The notes under the pieces were generated by a model. That model was not told the origin of the DNA. It saw nothing but the letters and a program-made list of their open reading frames with translations, and did not search any database. From Microcaecilia unicolor (lineage: Eukaryota), in NCBI RefSeq assembly GCF_901765095.1, contig NC_044037.1:104487279-104551264 (forward strand): a DNA stretch of 63,986 bases, written 5' to 3'. The position numbers were made by a program, and so were the translations under genes. Positions 11,409 through 21,267 of the stretch are shown here, piece by piece (positions within the stretch are counted from its first letter, which is position 1; each line of letters starts with the position of its first letter).

Positions 11409-14282
11409 TTACACCCCAAACAGATTCTGCAGCACCGACTGCCCGAACCGACTGTCGCGTCGGGTATCCTGCTGGAGGCAGTAATGTGATGTGAATGTGT
11501 GGACAGATGACCACGTCGCAGCCTTGCAAATCTCTTCAATAGTGGCTGACTTCAAGTGGGCCACTGACGCTGCCATGGCTCTAACACTATGAGCCGTGAC
11601 ATGACCTTCAAGAGTCAGCCCAGCCTGGGCGTAAGTGAAGGAAATGCAATCTGCTAGCCAATTAGAGATGGTGCGTTTCCCGACAGCGACCCCTAGCCTG
11701 TTAGGGTCGAAAGAAATAAACAATTGGGCGGACTGTCTGTTGGGCTGTGTCCGCTCCAAGTAGAAGGCCAATGCTCTCTTGCAGTCCAATGTGTGCAACT
11801 GACGTTCAGCAGGGCGGGTATGCGGCCTGGGGAAGAAAGTTGGCAAGACAATTGACTGGTTAAGATGGAACTCCGACACCACCTTCGGCAGGAACTTTGG
11901 GTGGGTGCGGAGCACTACTCTGTTGTGATGAAATTTGGTATATGGAGCATGAGCTACTAGGGCTTGAAGCTCACTGACCCTACGAGCTGAAGTAACTGCC
12001 ACCAAGAAAATGACCTTCCAGGTCAAGTACTTCAGATGGCAGGTATTCAGTGGCTCAAAAGGAGGTTTCATCAGCTGGGTGAGGACGACGTTGAGATCCC
12101 ATGACACAGTAGGAGGCTTGATAGGGGGCTTTGACAAAAGCAGGCCTCTCATGAATCGAACGACTAAAGGCTCTCCAGAGATGGCTTTACCTTCCACACG
12201 ATAATGGTAAGCACTAATCGCACTAAGGTGATTCCTTACTGAGTTGGTCTTGAGGCCAGACTCTGATAAGTGCAGAAGGTATTCAAGCAGGTTCTGTGCA
12301 GGGCAAGAACGAGGTTCTAGGGCCTTGCTCTCACACCAAACGACAAACCTCCTCCACTTGAAAAAGTAACTCTTTTTAGTGGAATCCTTCCTAGAGGCAA
12401 GCAAGACCCGGGAGACACCCTCAGACAGACCCAACGCAGCGAAGTCTACGCCCTCAACATCCAGGCCGTGAGAGCCAGGGATTGAAGGTTGGGGTGCAGC
12501 AACGCTCCGTCGTTCTGCGAAATGAGAGTCGGAAAACACTCCAATCTCCACGGTTCTTCTGAGGACAACTCCAGAAGAAGAGGGAACCAGATCTGACGGG
12601 GCCAAAAGGGCGCTATCAGAATCATGGTGCCGCGGTCTTGCTTGAGCTTCAGTAAGGTCTTCCCCACCAAAGGTATGGGAGGATAAGCATACAGGAGGCC
12701 GGTCCCCCAATGAAGGAGAAAGGCATCTGACGCTAGCCTGCCGTGTGTCTGAAGTCTGGAACAGAACAGAGGCAGCTTGTGGTTGGTCTGAGAGGCGAAA
12801 AGATCCACCGAGGGGGTGCCCCACTCTCGGAAGATCTTGCGTACCACTCTGGAATGGAGCGACCACTCGTGCGGTTGCATGACTCTGCTCAGTCTGTCGG
12901 CCAGACTGTTGTTTACGCCTGCCAGGTATGTGGCTTGGAGGAGCATGCCGAACCGGCACGCCCAACGCCACATCCCGACGGCTTCCTGACACAGGGGGCG
13001 AGATCCGGTGCCCCCCTGCTTGTTGACGTAATACATTGCAACCTGATTGTCTGTCCGAATTTGGATAATTTGGTAGGACAGCCGATCTCTGAAAGCCTTC
13101 AGTGCGTTCCAGATCGCTCGGAGCTCCAGGAGGTTGATCTGTAGATCCTTTTCCTGGAGGGACCACAGACCCTGGGTGTGAAGCCCATCGACGTGAGCTC
13201 CCCACCCCAGGCGAGATGCATCCGTCGTCAGCACTTTCGAGGGCTGCGGAATTTGGAATGGACGTCCCAGGGTCAAATTGGTCCGGATGGTCCACCAGAG
13301 CAGTGAAGTGCGGCAACTGGTGGAGAGGCGGATGACATCTTCTAGATTCCCGGTGGCTTGGAACCACTGGGAAGCTAGGGTCCATTGAGCAGATCTCATG
13401 TGAAGACGAGCCATGGGAGTCACATGAACTGTGGAGGCCATATGACCCAGAAGTCTCAACATCTGCCGAGCTGTGACCTGCTGAGACGCTCTGGTCTGCG
13501 AAGCCAGGGCCAGGAGATTGGTGGCCCGCGCTTCGGGAAGGTAGGCCTGAGCCGTCTGGGTATTCAGCAGCGCTCCTATGAATTCCAGAGACTGGGATGG
13601 CTGGAGATGGGACTTTGGGTAATTTATCACAAACCCCAGCAGCTCCAGAAGTTGAATAGTGCACTGCATGGACCGGAGGGCTCCTGCCTCCGAGGTGTTC
13701 TTGACCAGCCAATCGTCGAGATATGGGAACACGTGCACTCCCAGCTTGCGTAGGTAGGCCGCTACCACCACGAGGCACTTGGTAAACACTCGTGGGGCAG
13801 AGGCGAGCCCAAAGGGCAGCACACAATACTGAAAGTGCCGTGCGCCCAGGCGGAATCTGAGATACTGTCTGTGAGCTGGCAGTATCGGTATGTGAGTATA
13901 TGCGTCCTTTAAATCCAGGGAACATAGCCAATCGTTTTTCTGAATCATTGGCAGAAGGGTGCCCAAGGAAAGCATCCTGAACTTTTCTTTGACCAGGAAT
14001 TTGTTCAGGCCTCTCAGGTCTAGGATGGGACGCATCCCCCCTGTTTTCTTTTCCACAAGGAAGTACCTGGAATAGAATCCCTGCCCTTCCTGCCCGGGTG
14101 GTACGGGCTCGACCGCATTGGCGCTGAGAAGGGCGGAGAGTTCCTCTGCAAGTACCTGCTTGTGATGGGAGCTGAAAGACTGAGCTCCCGGGGGACAATT
14201 TGGAGGCAGGGAGGCCAAATTCAGGGCGTATCCGCACCGCACTATTTGGAGAACCCACTGGTCGGAGGTTATGAGAGGCCAC
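11409..14282 (-). CDS. DIRS tyrosine recombinase ORF (957-aa open frame). The YR catalytic domain is in the C-terminal ~330 aa (~11409-12400). The N-terminal part overlaps the RT/RH ORF in another frame.
   Basis: C-terminal motifs ...ARRVSELQAL..., HSVRAMAASVA (HxxR) and SHYCL (catalytic Tyr region) are typical of lambda-integrase-like YR. Confidence 0.8.
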   Translation of the reverse strand: MASHNLRPVGSPNSAVRIRPEFGLPASKLSPGSSVFQLPSQAGTCRGTLRPSQRQCGRARTTRAGRAGILFQVLPCGKENRGDASHPRPERPEQIPGQRKVQDAFLGHPSANDSEKRLAMFPGFKGRIYSHTDTASSQTVSQIPPGRTALSVLCAALWARLCPTSVYQVPRGGSGLPTQAGSARVPISRRLAGQEHLGGRSPPVHAVHYSTSGAAGVCDKLPKVPSPAIPVSGIHRSAAEYPDGSGLPSRSAGHQSPGPGFADQSVSAGHSSADVETSGSYGLHSSCDSHGSSSHEICSMDPSFPVVPSHRESRRCHPPLHQLPHFTALVDHPDQFDPGTSIPNSAALESADDGCISPGVGSSRRWASHPGSVVPPGKGSTDQPPGAPSDLERTEGFQRSAVLPNYPNSDRQSGCNVLRQQAGGHRISPPVSGSRRDVALGVPVRHAPPSHIPGRRKQQSGRQTEQSHATARVVAPFQSGTQDLPRVGHPLGGSFRLSDQPQAASVLFQTSDTRQASVRCLSPSLGDRPPVCLSSHTFGGEDLTEAQARPRHHDSDSALLAPSDLVPSSSGVVLRRTVEIGVFSDSHFAERRSVAAPQPSIPGSHGLDVEGVDFAALGLSEGVSRVLLASRKDSTKKSYFFKWRRFVVWCESKALEPRSCPAQNLLEYLLHLSESGLKTNSVRNHLSAISAYHYRVEGKAISGEPLVVRFMRGLLLSKPPIKPPTVSWDLNVVLTQLMKPPFEPLNTCHLKYLTWKVIFLVAVTSARRVSELQALVAHAPYTKFHHNRVVLRTHPKFLPKVVSEFHLNQSIVLPTFFPRPHTRPAERQLHTLDCKRALAFYLERTQPNRQSAQLFISFDPNRLGVAVGKRTISNWLADCISFTYAQAGLTLEGHVTAHSVRAMAASVAHLKSATIEEICKAATWSSVHTFTSHYCLQQDTRRDSRFGQSVLQNLFGV

Positions 14283-14719
14283 CTTTGGTGAAAGAATTTT
14301 AACCTCCCTCCGACCGGCAGATCGTCCGGTACGGACACTTGTAGGGAGGCTATGTTCCCGTGGATCCAGTCAAAAGCCCGTCCCCGGCTTTTGCTGTGGA
14401 GGCGCAGGGGGCTGCTTAGGCGCACGCTGTTGACGAGAACGAGCGCGCTGGGGCTGTCCCTGTGCCTGACGAGGCCTTCGGGCCGGCTGGTTGTACCTAC
14501 GCTTCGCAAAAGAATAGGGTGCAGCCTGCCGGGCCCGGGAAAAACGTCCACCTGTGGAGGTGGATGCTGAAGGCGCCCGGTGGGAGAGCTTGTCGAGAGC
14601 GGTTTCCCGCTGATGCAGTTGGTCCACCATCTGCTCGACCTTCTCACCGAAAATGTTATCCCCCCGGCAAGGGACGTCAGCCAGTCTCTGCTGGGTGCGG
14701 TTGTCCAGGTCAGAGGCAC
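12446..14719 (-). CDS. DIRS reverse transcriptase / RNase H ORF (757 aa).
   Basis: RT YxDD motif (FPYLDDWLV). RNase H motifs TDASRLGWGA, LELRAI, TDN, NSLADRLSR. DIRS/Ngaro-type C-terminal motif PSVDLFASQTNHKLPLF...LIAPFWPRQIW. Confidence 0.85.
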   Translation of the reverse strand: MPLTWTTAPSRDWLTSLAGGITFSVRRSSRWWTNCISGKPLSTSSPTGRLQHPPPQVDVFPGPGRLHPILLRSVGTTSRPEGLVRHRDSPSALVLVNSVRLSSPLRLHSKSRGRAFDWIHGNIASLQVSVPDDLPVGGRLKFFHQRWPLITSDQWVLQIVRCGYALNLASLPPNCPPGAQSFSSHHKQVLAEELSALLSANAVEPVPPGQEGQGFYSRYFLVEKKTGGMRPILDLRGLNKFLVKEKFRMLSLGTLLPMIQKNDWLCSLDLKDAYTHIPILPAHRQYLRFRLGARHFQYCVLPFGLASAPRVFTKCLVVVAAYLRKLGVHVFPYLDDWLVKNTSEAGALRSMQCTIQLLELLGFVINYPKSHLQPSQSLEFIGALLNTQTAQAYLPEARATNLLALASQTRASQQVTARQMLRLLGHMASTVHVTPMARLHMRSAQWTLASQWFQATGNLEDVIRLSTSCRTSLLWWTIRTNLTLGRPFQIPQPSKVLTTDASRLGWGAHVDGLHTQGLWSLQEKDLQINLLELRAIWNALKAFRDRLSYQIIQIRTDNQVAMYYVNKQGGTGSRPLCQEAVGMWRWACRFGMLLQATYLAGVNNSLADRLSRVMQPHEWSLHSRVVRKIFREWGTPSVDLFASQTNHKLPLFCSRLQTHGRLASDAFLLHWGTGLLYAYPPIPLVGKTLLKLKQDRGTMILIAPFWPRQIWFPLLLELSSEEPWRLECFPTLISQNDGALLHPNLQSLALTAWMLRA

Positions 14720-16592
14720 GCAGCCATGAGAGCCTGCGCATCACTATACCTTGGGCCGCAGCACGAGATGCCACGTCACAGGTGTCAAAAATACCCCTGG
14801 ACAGGAACTTTCTGCACGCCTTCAGCTGCCTGACCACCTCCTGATAAGGCCTGGACTGCTCCGGCGGGAGCTTCTCGACCAGGTCCGCCAGTTGTTGCAC
14901 ATAGGTCCGCATGTGAATGCTCATATAGAGCAGGTATGACTGGATGCGGGTCACGAGCATGGAGGATTGGTAGGCCTTCCTCCCAAACGAGTCCAGAGTG
15001 CGAGACTCCCGCCCCGGGGGCGCCGAGGCGGTATCCCTGGAACTCCGTGCCCTCTTGAGAGCAGAATCCACGACCGCTGAGTCATGGGGCAATTGGGGCC
15101 GCATGAGCTCTGGGTCAGAGTGGATCCTGTACTGGGACTCTGCTTTCTTGGGAATGGTGGGGTTAGTTAATGGTCGCACCCAGTTCCGGAGCAGCGTCTC
15201 CTTCAGGACATTGTGCAGCGGTACCGTGGAGGACTCTCTAGGTGGTGATGGATAGTCGAGGACCTCGAGCATCTCGGCCCTCGGCTCTTCCACAGAGACC
15301 ACGGGGAAGGGAATGCTGATAGACATATCCCGCACAAAGGAGGCAAAGGAGAGACTCTCAGGAGGTGAGAGCTTCCTCTCCGGTGAAGGCGTGGGGTCCG
15401 AGGGAAGGCCCGTAGACTCCTCTGAGGAGAAATATCTAGGGTCCTCCTCTTCCCCCCACGAGTCCTCATCCTCGGTATCGGACATTAGCTCATGTAGCTG
15501 AGTCCTGTACCGGGCCCGGCTCGACGTCGAGGCACCGAGCTCTCGGTGTCGTCGAGCGGTGGACTCCCGCGCCGGCGGGGACGGAGCTCCCTCCATCGAC
15601 GTCGACGGGGACTCCACCTGCGTGGCGGTCGAGACCGGCACCGCAAGCGGCGGCGGTGTCGACAGCCCCGGCGCCGGGCTAGAGCTCGCCGGCGCCACAG
15701 TCATCGGCGCCGAGGGCGCAAGCACCCCCGGCGCCGGCACAGCCTGGCGCATCAGCCCTTCCAGGATCCCCGGAAGGATGGCTCTGAGGCACTCGTCCAG
15801 GCCCGCTGCCGGGAAAGGCGGTGGGGCCGGTAAGGGTGTCGGTGCCGGAAGCTGCTGGGGGCCAGGAGACGGCACCGAGGTGCCGGAACCCCGACGCGTC
15901 GGTACCTCCACAACCGACGGAGACCTCTCCTCACGACGATGACGCTTCGGCGTCGTCTCCTCTCCAACATCGGGATGCACCGAAGGCGACCGGTGACGAC
16001 GCTTCTTGTCTTTCTTCCGATGCACGTCACCGGCGCCGGAGGGCATGGAGGAGGAGGAGGTCGATCCCCCTCGGTCTCGAGGTACCGGGTCAGACAGGGT
16101 TCGGTCTCGCGGCCCACGAGCTGAGGGCGTGACCGGGGCCGACTGCCCACGCGGCCTCTCACCCCCACTCTCACCGGAAGACCGGCGGGCCGACGGGACC
16201 TGTTCTCCTGGGGTCGCTGCCATCGGTGCCGATGTCTCGGGCATCGATACCGGTACCGAAGGGCCGGGCGTCGATACCGATGCCTTCGAGGTCGACGTCG
16301 AGGGGCCGGCGCAAGTTCCAAAAAGACGGTCCCGCAGAACTTGCCTCGCAACCTGGGTCCGTTTCCGGAGACCGAGACACAAAGAACACGACTTGAGATT
16401 GTGCTCCGGCCCGAGGCACTGGAGGCACCAAGCGTGGGTGTCGGTCTGCGAGATCGGCCGGCCGCAGCGACCACACTTTTTAAATCCACTCGGGACCTTC
16501 GAGGACATCGACGGAAAAATCGCGTCGGCGAAGTCAAAGTCGTCAATGGTGGCTAAAATCACACCACGAAAAACAAACGACCGAGCGGCCAC
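14370..16592 (-). CDS. DIRS gag-like ORF1 (740 aa; Pro/Ser/Arg-rich; Cys-rich N-terminus).
   Basis: First long ORF downstream of the 5' ITR on the minus strand. It sits in the position of DIRS ORF1. Confidence 0.6.
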   Translation of the reverse strand: MAARSFVFRGVILATIDDFDFADAIFPSMSSKVPSGFKKCGRCGRPISQTDTHAWCLQCLGPEHNLKSCSLCLGLRKRTQVARQVLRDRLFGTCAGPSTSTSKASVSTPGPSVPVSMPETSAPMAATPGEQVPSARRSSGESGGERPRGQSAPVTPSARGPRDRTLSDPVPRDRGGSTSSSSMPSGAGDVHRKKDKKRRHRSPSVHPDVGEETTPKRHRREERSPSVVEVPTRRGSGTSVPSPGPQQLPAPTPLPAPPPFPAAGLDECLRAILPGILEGLMRQAVPAPGVLAPSAPMTVAPASSSPAPGLSTPPPLAVPVSTATQVESPSTSMEGAPSPPARESTARRHRELGASTSSRARYRTQLHELMSDTEDEDSWGEEEDPRYFSSEESTGLPSDPTPSPERKLSPPESLSFASFVRDMSISIPFPVVSVEEPRAEMLEVLDYPSPPRESSTVPLHNVLKETLLRNWVRPLTNPTIPKKAESQYRIHSDPELMRPQLPHDSAVVDSALKRARSSRDTASAPPGRESRTLDSFGRKAYQSSMLVTRIQSYLLYMSIHMRTYVQQLADLVEKLPPEQSRPYQEVVRQLKACRKFLSRGIFDTCDVASRAAAQGIVMRRLSWLRASDLDNRTQQRLADVPCRGDNIFGEKVEQMVDQLHQRETALDKLSHRAPSASTSTGGRFSRARQAAPYSFAKRRYNQPARRPRQAQGQPQRARSRQQRAPKQPPAPPQQKPGTGF

Positions 16593-16817
16593 TAGGCCGC
16601 AATGTGGCGTCCCCGCTGGAAGCGAGGGAAAAAAGGGAGCGCGTGTCCCACACGCGCAGGGTTTCTTTTTTCTTTTTTTTTTTTTAAAAGGAAACCGGGC
16701 GGTAACTAAAACCGATAAACAAAGTTAGAAAAAAACACGATCAGCGTATACGCGATCGAACGATCCGGCGGCTGAACAGAGAGAGCGCAAAACACGACTC
16801 TCTCCAGGCGCGGAAAA

Positions 16818-16982
16818 AAAGGAACTGGCGGGAGCGGTCGCGCACGGGCGGGAAGACGGCCGCGCATGCGCGGTGGGCGTGCCCTGCGTGCCGACCGTCC
16901 CGCGAAGCTTCTTTCCGGTTGGTGGGGGCTGCCGCGGACGTCACCCAGTCGTGAGAACAAGCAGCCTGCTTGTCCTCGGAGA
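16818..16982. repeat. DIRS inverted terminal repeat (5' ITR relative to the minus-strand element).
   Basis: Reverse complement of 10942-11104. Confidence 0.85.
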
Positions 16983-17782
16983 AATTACAGAATACTTGAG
17001 AATTTCTCTATTTAGGCAAAGAAGCCATACTGTGGGAATGTGGTCACATGTTTCCCAGTCCAGATGGCCAATCTGAACTCGAAACAGGCTCCACCTCCCC
17101 CTTCACATACCAAATTAATTAGAACTGTGTCTTATCTTCTATATTCCATACAAACAGAATTATTTCTAATCAAAATACAGACCTCGAGTGCACTTGTCGT
17201 TCATGGCAGAGTTGAAAAACAGACCTCAAGTGCACTTGTCGTTCAAGGCAGAGTTGAAAAACAATCTTTAAAATTCATTTCTAATACACTCCCTCCCACA
17301 TACCTTTAAAAGAGCAGATCTTTGCCAGCAGCAAGCAGTGTGATTGATTCACGTTGTGGGGCTGGCATAAGCAGTGTGTATCAGTCATGCTGCTCACTGC
17401 CAGCAAACATCTGCTCTTTAAAAAGTACATGGTGGGGGGGAAGGGTGTTGAAGGACTGGATTGCCGGCAGAGTGGATGGGTGGGGGGCGGGGGGGTGGTG
17501 AAGGACTGGATTGCCTGCGGGCAGAAGAGGGAGAGACCAGCTCACCTGTGGGGTGGGATTCTTCTGCCTACCCAACTTGGGCACAGGCCCACCCAAAATT
17601 GTTTGTCTGGCTATGCCCTTAGTCAGTGCTAGCAGTCAATGCAGGCCTTCCTCAACCTGCCATCTCCAACTGTCTTGCTGTCAAATTTGTGAGTTCTTTG
17701 TACCAAATGGAGCACTGCTGAGTGCGAGGAAACGCACCCTGACTCTGCTTGGCAGCCGAGCAACCCCGAGGTTCACCTGCGG

Positions 17783-18405
17783 CAGGGGCGTTTCTGCGTG
17801 GGGCCACAGGGGCCTGGGCCCCCGCAGATTTCGCCCTGGCCCCCCTCCTGCCGCCAACCCTCCCCCACTAATGTTGTTTACCTTTGCTGGCGGGGGACCC
17901 CAACCCCCGCCAGCCGCCGAGGTCTTCAAAGTTCTTGTTCGTCGTCCTCCGTGGCCATGCTGTACCCTGTTGATTTGGAGTCTGTCTGACGTCGCACCAC
18001 GTTGTACGTGCGTACAACGTGGTGCGACGTCAGACAGACTCCGAATCAGCAGCGTACAACATGGCCACGGAGGAGGACGACGAACAAGAACTTTGAAGAC
18101 CTCGGCGGCTGGCGGGGGTTGTGGTCCCCGCCAGCTGAAGAATTACTTTTAAAAGCAGGCGGAAACGGACCTCAGCTGGCGGGGGTTGGGGTCCCCGCCA
18201 GCAAAGGTAAACAACGTCAGCGGGGGAGGGTTGGCGGCGGGAGAGGAGGTGGAGAGAGTCGTTGGTGGCAGGGGGGGCTCTGGTAATGGCGGGGGGGGGA
18301 GTCGTTGGTGGCAGGGGGGGCTCTGGCAATGGCGGGGGGGGACTAAATGTGCCCCCTCCCTCTGGCCCTGGCCCCCCCTACTGCCAGAGTCCAGATACGC
18401 CCCTG
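17783..18405. mobile_element. hAT-like foldback MITE (CAGGGGCG../..CGCCCCTG family) containing a long internal palindrome (17940-18080).
   Basis: Termini caggggcgtttctgcgtggggccacagg.../...cagatacgcccctg. Perfect 8-bp TSD ACCTGCGG at 17775-17782 and 18406-18413. The whole element is near-palindromic. Confidence 0.8.
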
Positions 18406-19257
18406 ACCTGCGGTGACCGCCATTCCCCAGGGGTTGAGCCCCCAGGTGTGGGCGTGTAATGGAAGATTTAAAGGATTGCTTTTCAACCCTGCTTTGATCA
18501 ATAATGAACTCTGAAATCTTCTGTCTTTGACCGAAAGTAACTTTTCTTGTAAATACAAAAACAAGTTGGAATGCAGAAGATATGACATAGCTCTAATTAA
18601 TTTGTTATGTGAAGGGAACGATGGAGCTTGTTTTCGGGTTCAGACTGGCCATCTGGACTAGGAAACATGTGACCACGTTCCCACAGTATGGCTTGTTTAC
18701 CTAGACAGAGAAGCATTCTGTAATTTTCCTTAGCTCTGAACATGAGTTCTGAGCCTAATAAAAAGGGGAGTTTCTTTCAGTGAAATTGGGAGCTCATCCG
18801 TGAGTAACGTACGTACTGCACAGAGGATCTGCTCCTGGTCTAAAATGCTCCTGGCTTTCGCTGTAACGGGCCCCCCCAGCTGATGATAAGAGCCTGGATG
18901 ATGTAAGGACCAGTGATGTTGTATGTATGTATTATTGCTTCTTTTCCTGGTCTAAGAGCTCTTAGCATTGCTTAGATGTAGAGACCAATGATGTAATGAT
19001 TGTTTAGCTAATCATTGTGTTTATATAGCTAATCATTGTATATACCTTAATCATTGTAGAATTTAGCACCTCTAATAAAGGTTTCATTTATCTAATACGA
19101 ATCCAAAAGAATCCACAGTAATTATTGAGTAGTCTGTGTCAGTGAGACAGGCTGTAAATCCAAAGCAGTACAGGGTGGCAGACAGGACTTATGTAGAGAG
19201 AAAATGAGAGGGGCGCTGAGGAAACCAGCTGGAGGAGAGTACAAGGGAGTGGCCCAG

Positions 19258-19450
19258 GTACAGGCAACAGTCCAACAGGCAGACAGCTGGCAAAGGAGAG
19301 ATCCAGGTACAAGCAAGGTCTTACAGGCAGGCAGCAGACAAGAGAGTAGTCCAGGTCCAAGAAAGGTCTTACAGGCAGGCAGCAGACGAGAGAGTAATCC
19401 AGGTATAAGCAAGGTCAAGAACCAGGAACACAGGCAGAACACAGTGAAGA
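19258..19450. repeat. Tandem repeat, ~48-bp unit x4 (caggtacaagcaaggtcttacaggcaggcagcagacaagagagtagtc).
   Basis: Four consecutive similar units are visible directly. Confidence 0.6.
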
Positions 19451-19599
19451 TAAAAGCTTACCAACTAGAAGCCGAAGCAATAATGCAGAGGAAAGCTCTC
19501 CTGAAGTAGTGCAGGCGTCTGATGTCAACATGAGGCAGCTGGAGAAGGAGAGCTTGACAGGTCAGGAAGGCAGTGAGGGGAGGGGCGCAGGAGCCCGCC

Positions 19600-20812
19600 C
19601 ATGGAGCAGGAAGGCGGGTTGGCGGTCACAAGCCAACTGGCAGAGCCAACTTGGAAGTTCCTCAGGAAGCGCGCTGATCCGACCGCAGGCAGGGCAACAT
19701 GGGGGACCCGGGTGCGCGCACAGAGCTGGAAAGTACTACGGAAGGGCACAGCACCGTCCCGAAGTGCCAGACCCGTAGAGACAGTGAGCGTCCCCACGCC
19801 ACCGGAGAGCCCCTCCGACGAGGAGGTAAGGGGCGTGACACTTGCCCAGTTCCTCAGTGCCTTTCTCATCCATGCCTAACACTAATTACCTTCCCCATTA
19901 TCATCCAGGCACTCCAGAACAACATGGCTCAGTTGTTCACCATAGTCTGCTTTCCCTCGGTTATAGGCCTCATCAACTGCACACACATCACACTCAGACC
20001 CCCATCCACGGACACCTACAGCAGTGGCATAGCAAGGTGGGGTGCCAGGGGAACGGCCGCTCCCCCAAACAGAGTTCTGCCGGCGCTTATTTTTTTTGTC
20101 CTGTTGCACTGAAAATGTGCGCCAGCGGAAGTCCGCTCTCGCTCCCCCATGCCGTCACTGGCTCCGCTTCTGACCTACAGGAATAGAAAATCATATCACT
20201 CCATGAACATGCAGATTGTGTGTGATGCCCAGGCCCCAGGGAGATTGTGGATATATGTGCCCACTACCCAGGCTTCACCCACAATGCCTACATCCTCCAG
20301 CATTCAGGAATCTACTGCACATTTGAACAAGGGGAGATCACTGGCACCTGGCTCCTAGGTAAGCAGTACAGGGATTCCTAAACCCCATACCTCCTCCCCC
20401 CCTCTTAACCTTCAAACACACTCCTTCTCTCTAGATGCCCTCAGAACTGACAACCATTACCCCACCTCCACAAGGTCACCATACCAGCCAATACACACCC
20501 ATGTCTGTGATTCTGCTTCCCCCACCCCACAGGTGACAGAGGCTACCCCCAGCATACCTGGATCAATAATCCCATAATCCACCTCCATAATGAGGCAGGA
20601 GGAGAGTATAACGAGGCATAAGAGCACCCGCACCACCATAGAATGGACCTTTGGCCATATCAAGAATTGCTTCAGATGACTGGACCATTCCGGAGGGGAG
20701 CTCTTCTAGAGCCCTAAAAAGGTTGCCAAACGTTTGATGTCCTGCTGCTTGCTGCACAACCTGGCTCTCCAAAGAAGACAGGCCCTGCCAGAGGAGGGAC
20801 AGCAACCACAGC
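19600..20812 (+). pseudogene. Harbinger/PIF-type DDE transposase (HARBI1-like) pseudogene. It has frameshifts, two in-frame stops and two intron-like interruptions. Its 3' end continues after the hAT insertion at 23388-23480.
   Basis: Transposase motifs in order: ITFP..IQALQNNMAQLFTIVCFPSVIGLINCTHITLRPP; YRNRKSYHSMNMQIVCD; YPGFTHNAYILQHSGIY..GEITGTWLLG; then after GT..AG (20359-20532) DRGYPSIPGS; then YNEAHKSTRTTIEWTFGHIKNCFR*LDHSGGELF*SPKKVAKRLMSCCLLHNLAL. Confidence 0.65.
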
Positions 20813-21267
20813 CAGGGCCGGTCTTAGCAAGTGCGGGACCCTATGCAGACCAATTTTATGAGGCCCCACCCTAGTCCTGCCCCCACCCTAGCTCCGCCCC
20901 CACCCTAGCTCCAGGGCTGGCCACCCCTCCCTCTGAGCTCCAAGGCCCCCAGCTCCAGGGCTTGTCGATCCTGCACAGTCAATGCCAACTGAAAGCCATG
21001 TCTTTTTCACAAACACAGATACACCCTAATCCACTATAGAATAAGTAGTAATATTTAAACTTTCTATTTAGACAAAAATTAAACTGAACCCCCAAGATGC
21101 CAGACTCTGCATACAATGCAACACCACAGAAACAGAAAATGTCCCCTAGTACTGTGCAAAATATAAAGACAGCAGATGTAAATTTGAAAAAAAACTAACA
21201 AATACCAATCACCACTTTACAAATTAACAAATAGAAATAAAACAAATATAGAAAATAAAATAATACA

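Larger units (their letters stand above)
10911..16982 (-). mobile_element. DIRS-like (tyrosine-recombinase) retrotransposon with complete structure: ITRs, ICR, gag, RT/RNaseH and YR ORFs.
   Basis: The inverted terminal repeats ~10942-11104 and ~16818-16982 are reverse complements of each other. The internal complementary region ~11155-11253 is complementary to the outer ends of both ITRs. Three long minus-strand ORFs are present. There is no TSD, as expected for DIRS. Confidence 0.9.

Noticed and set aside
14352-16728. Plus-strand ORFs (e.g. 16006..16728 240 aa, 15559..15942, 14462..14833) overlapping the DIRS element.
   Set aside because: They lie antisense to the long, domain-bearing DIRS gag/RT ORFs in GC-rich sequence. 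The Arg/Gly/Pro-rich translations have no recognisable motifs. They are compositional artefacts.
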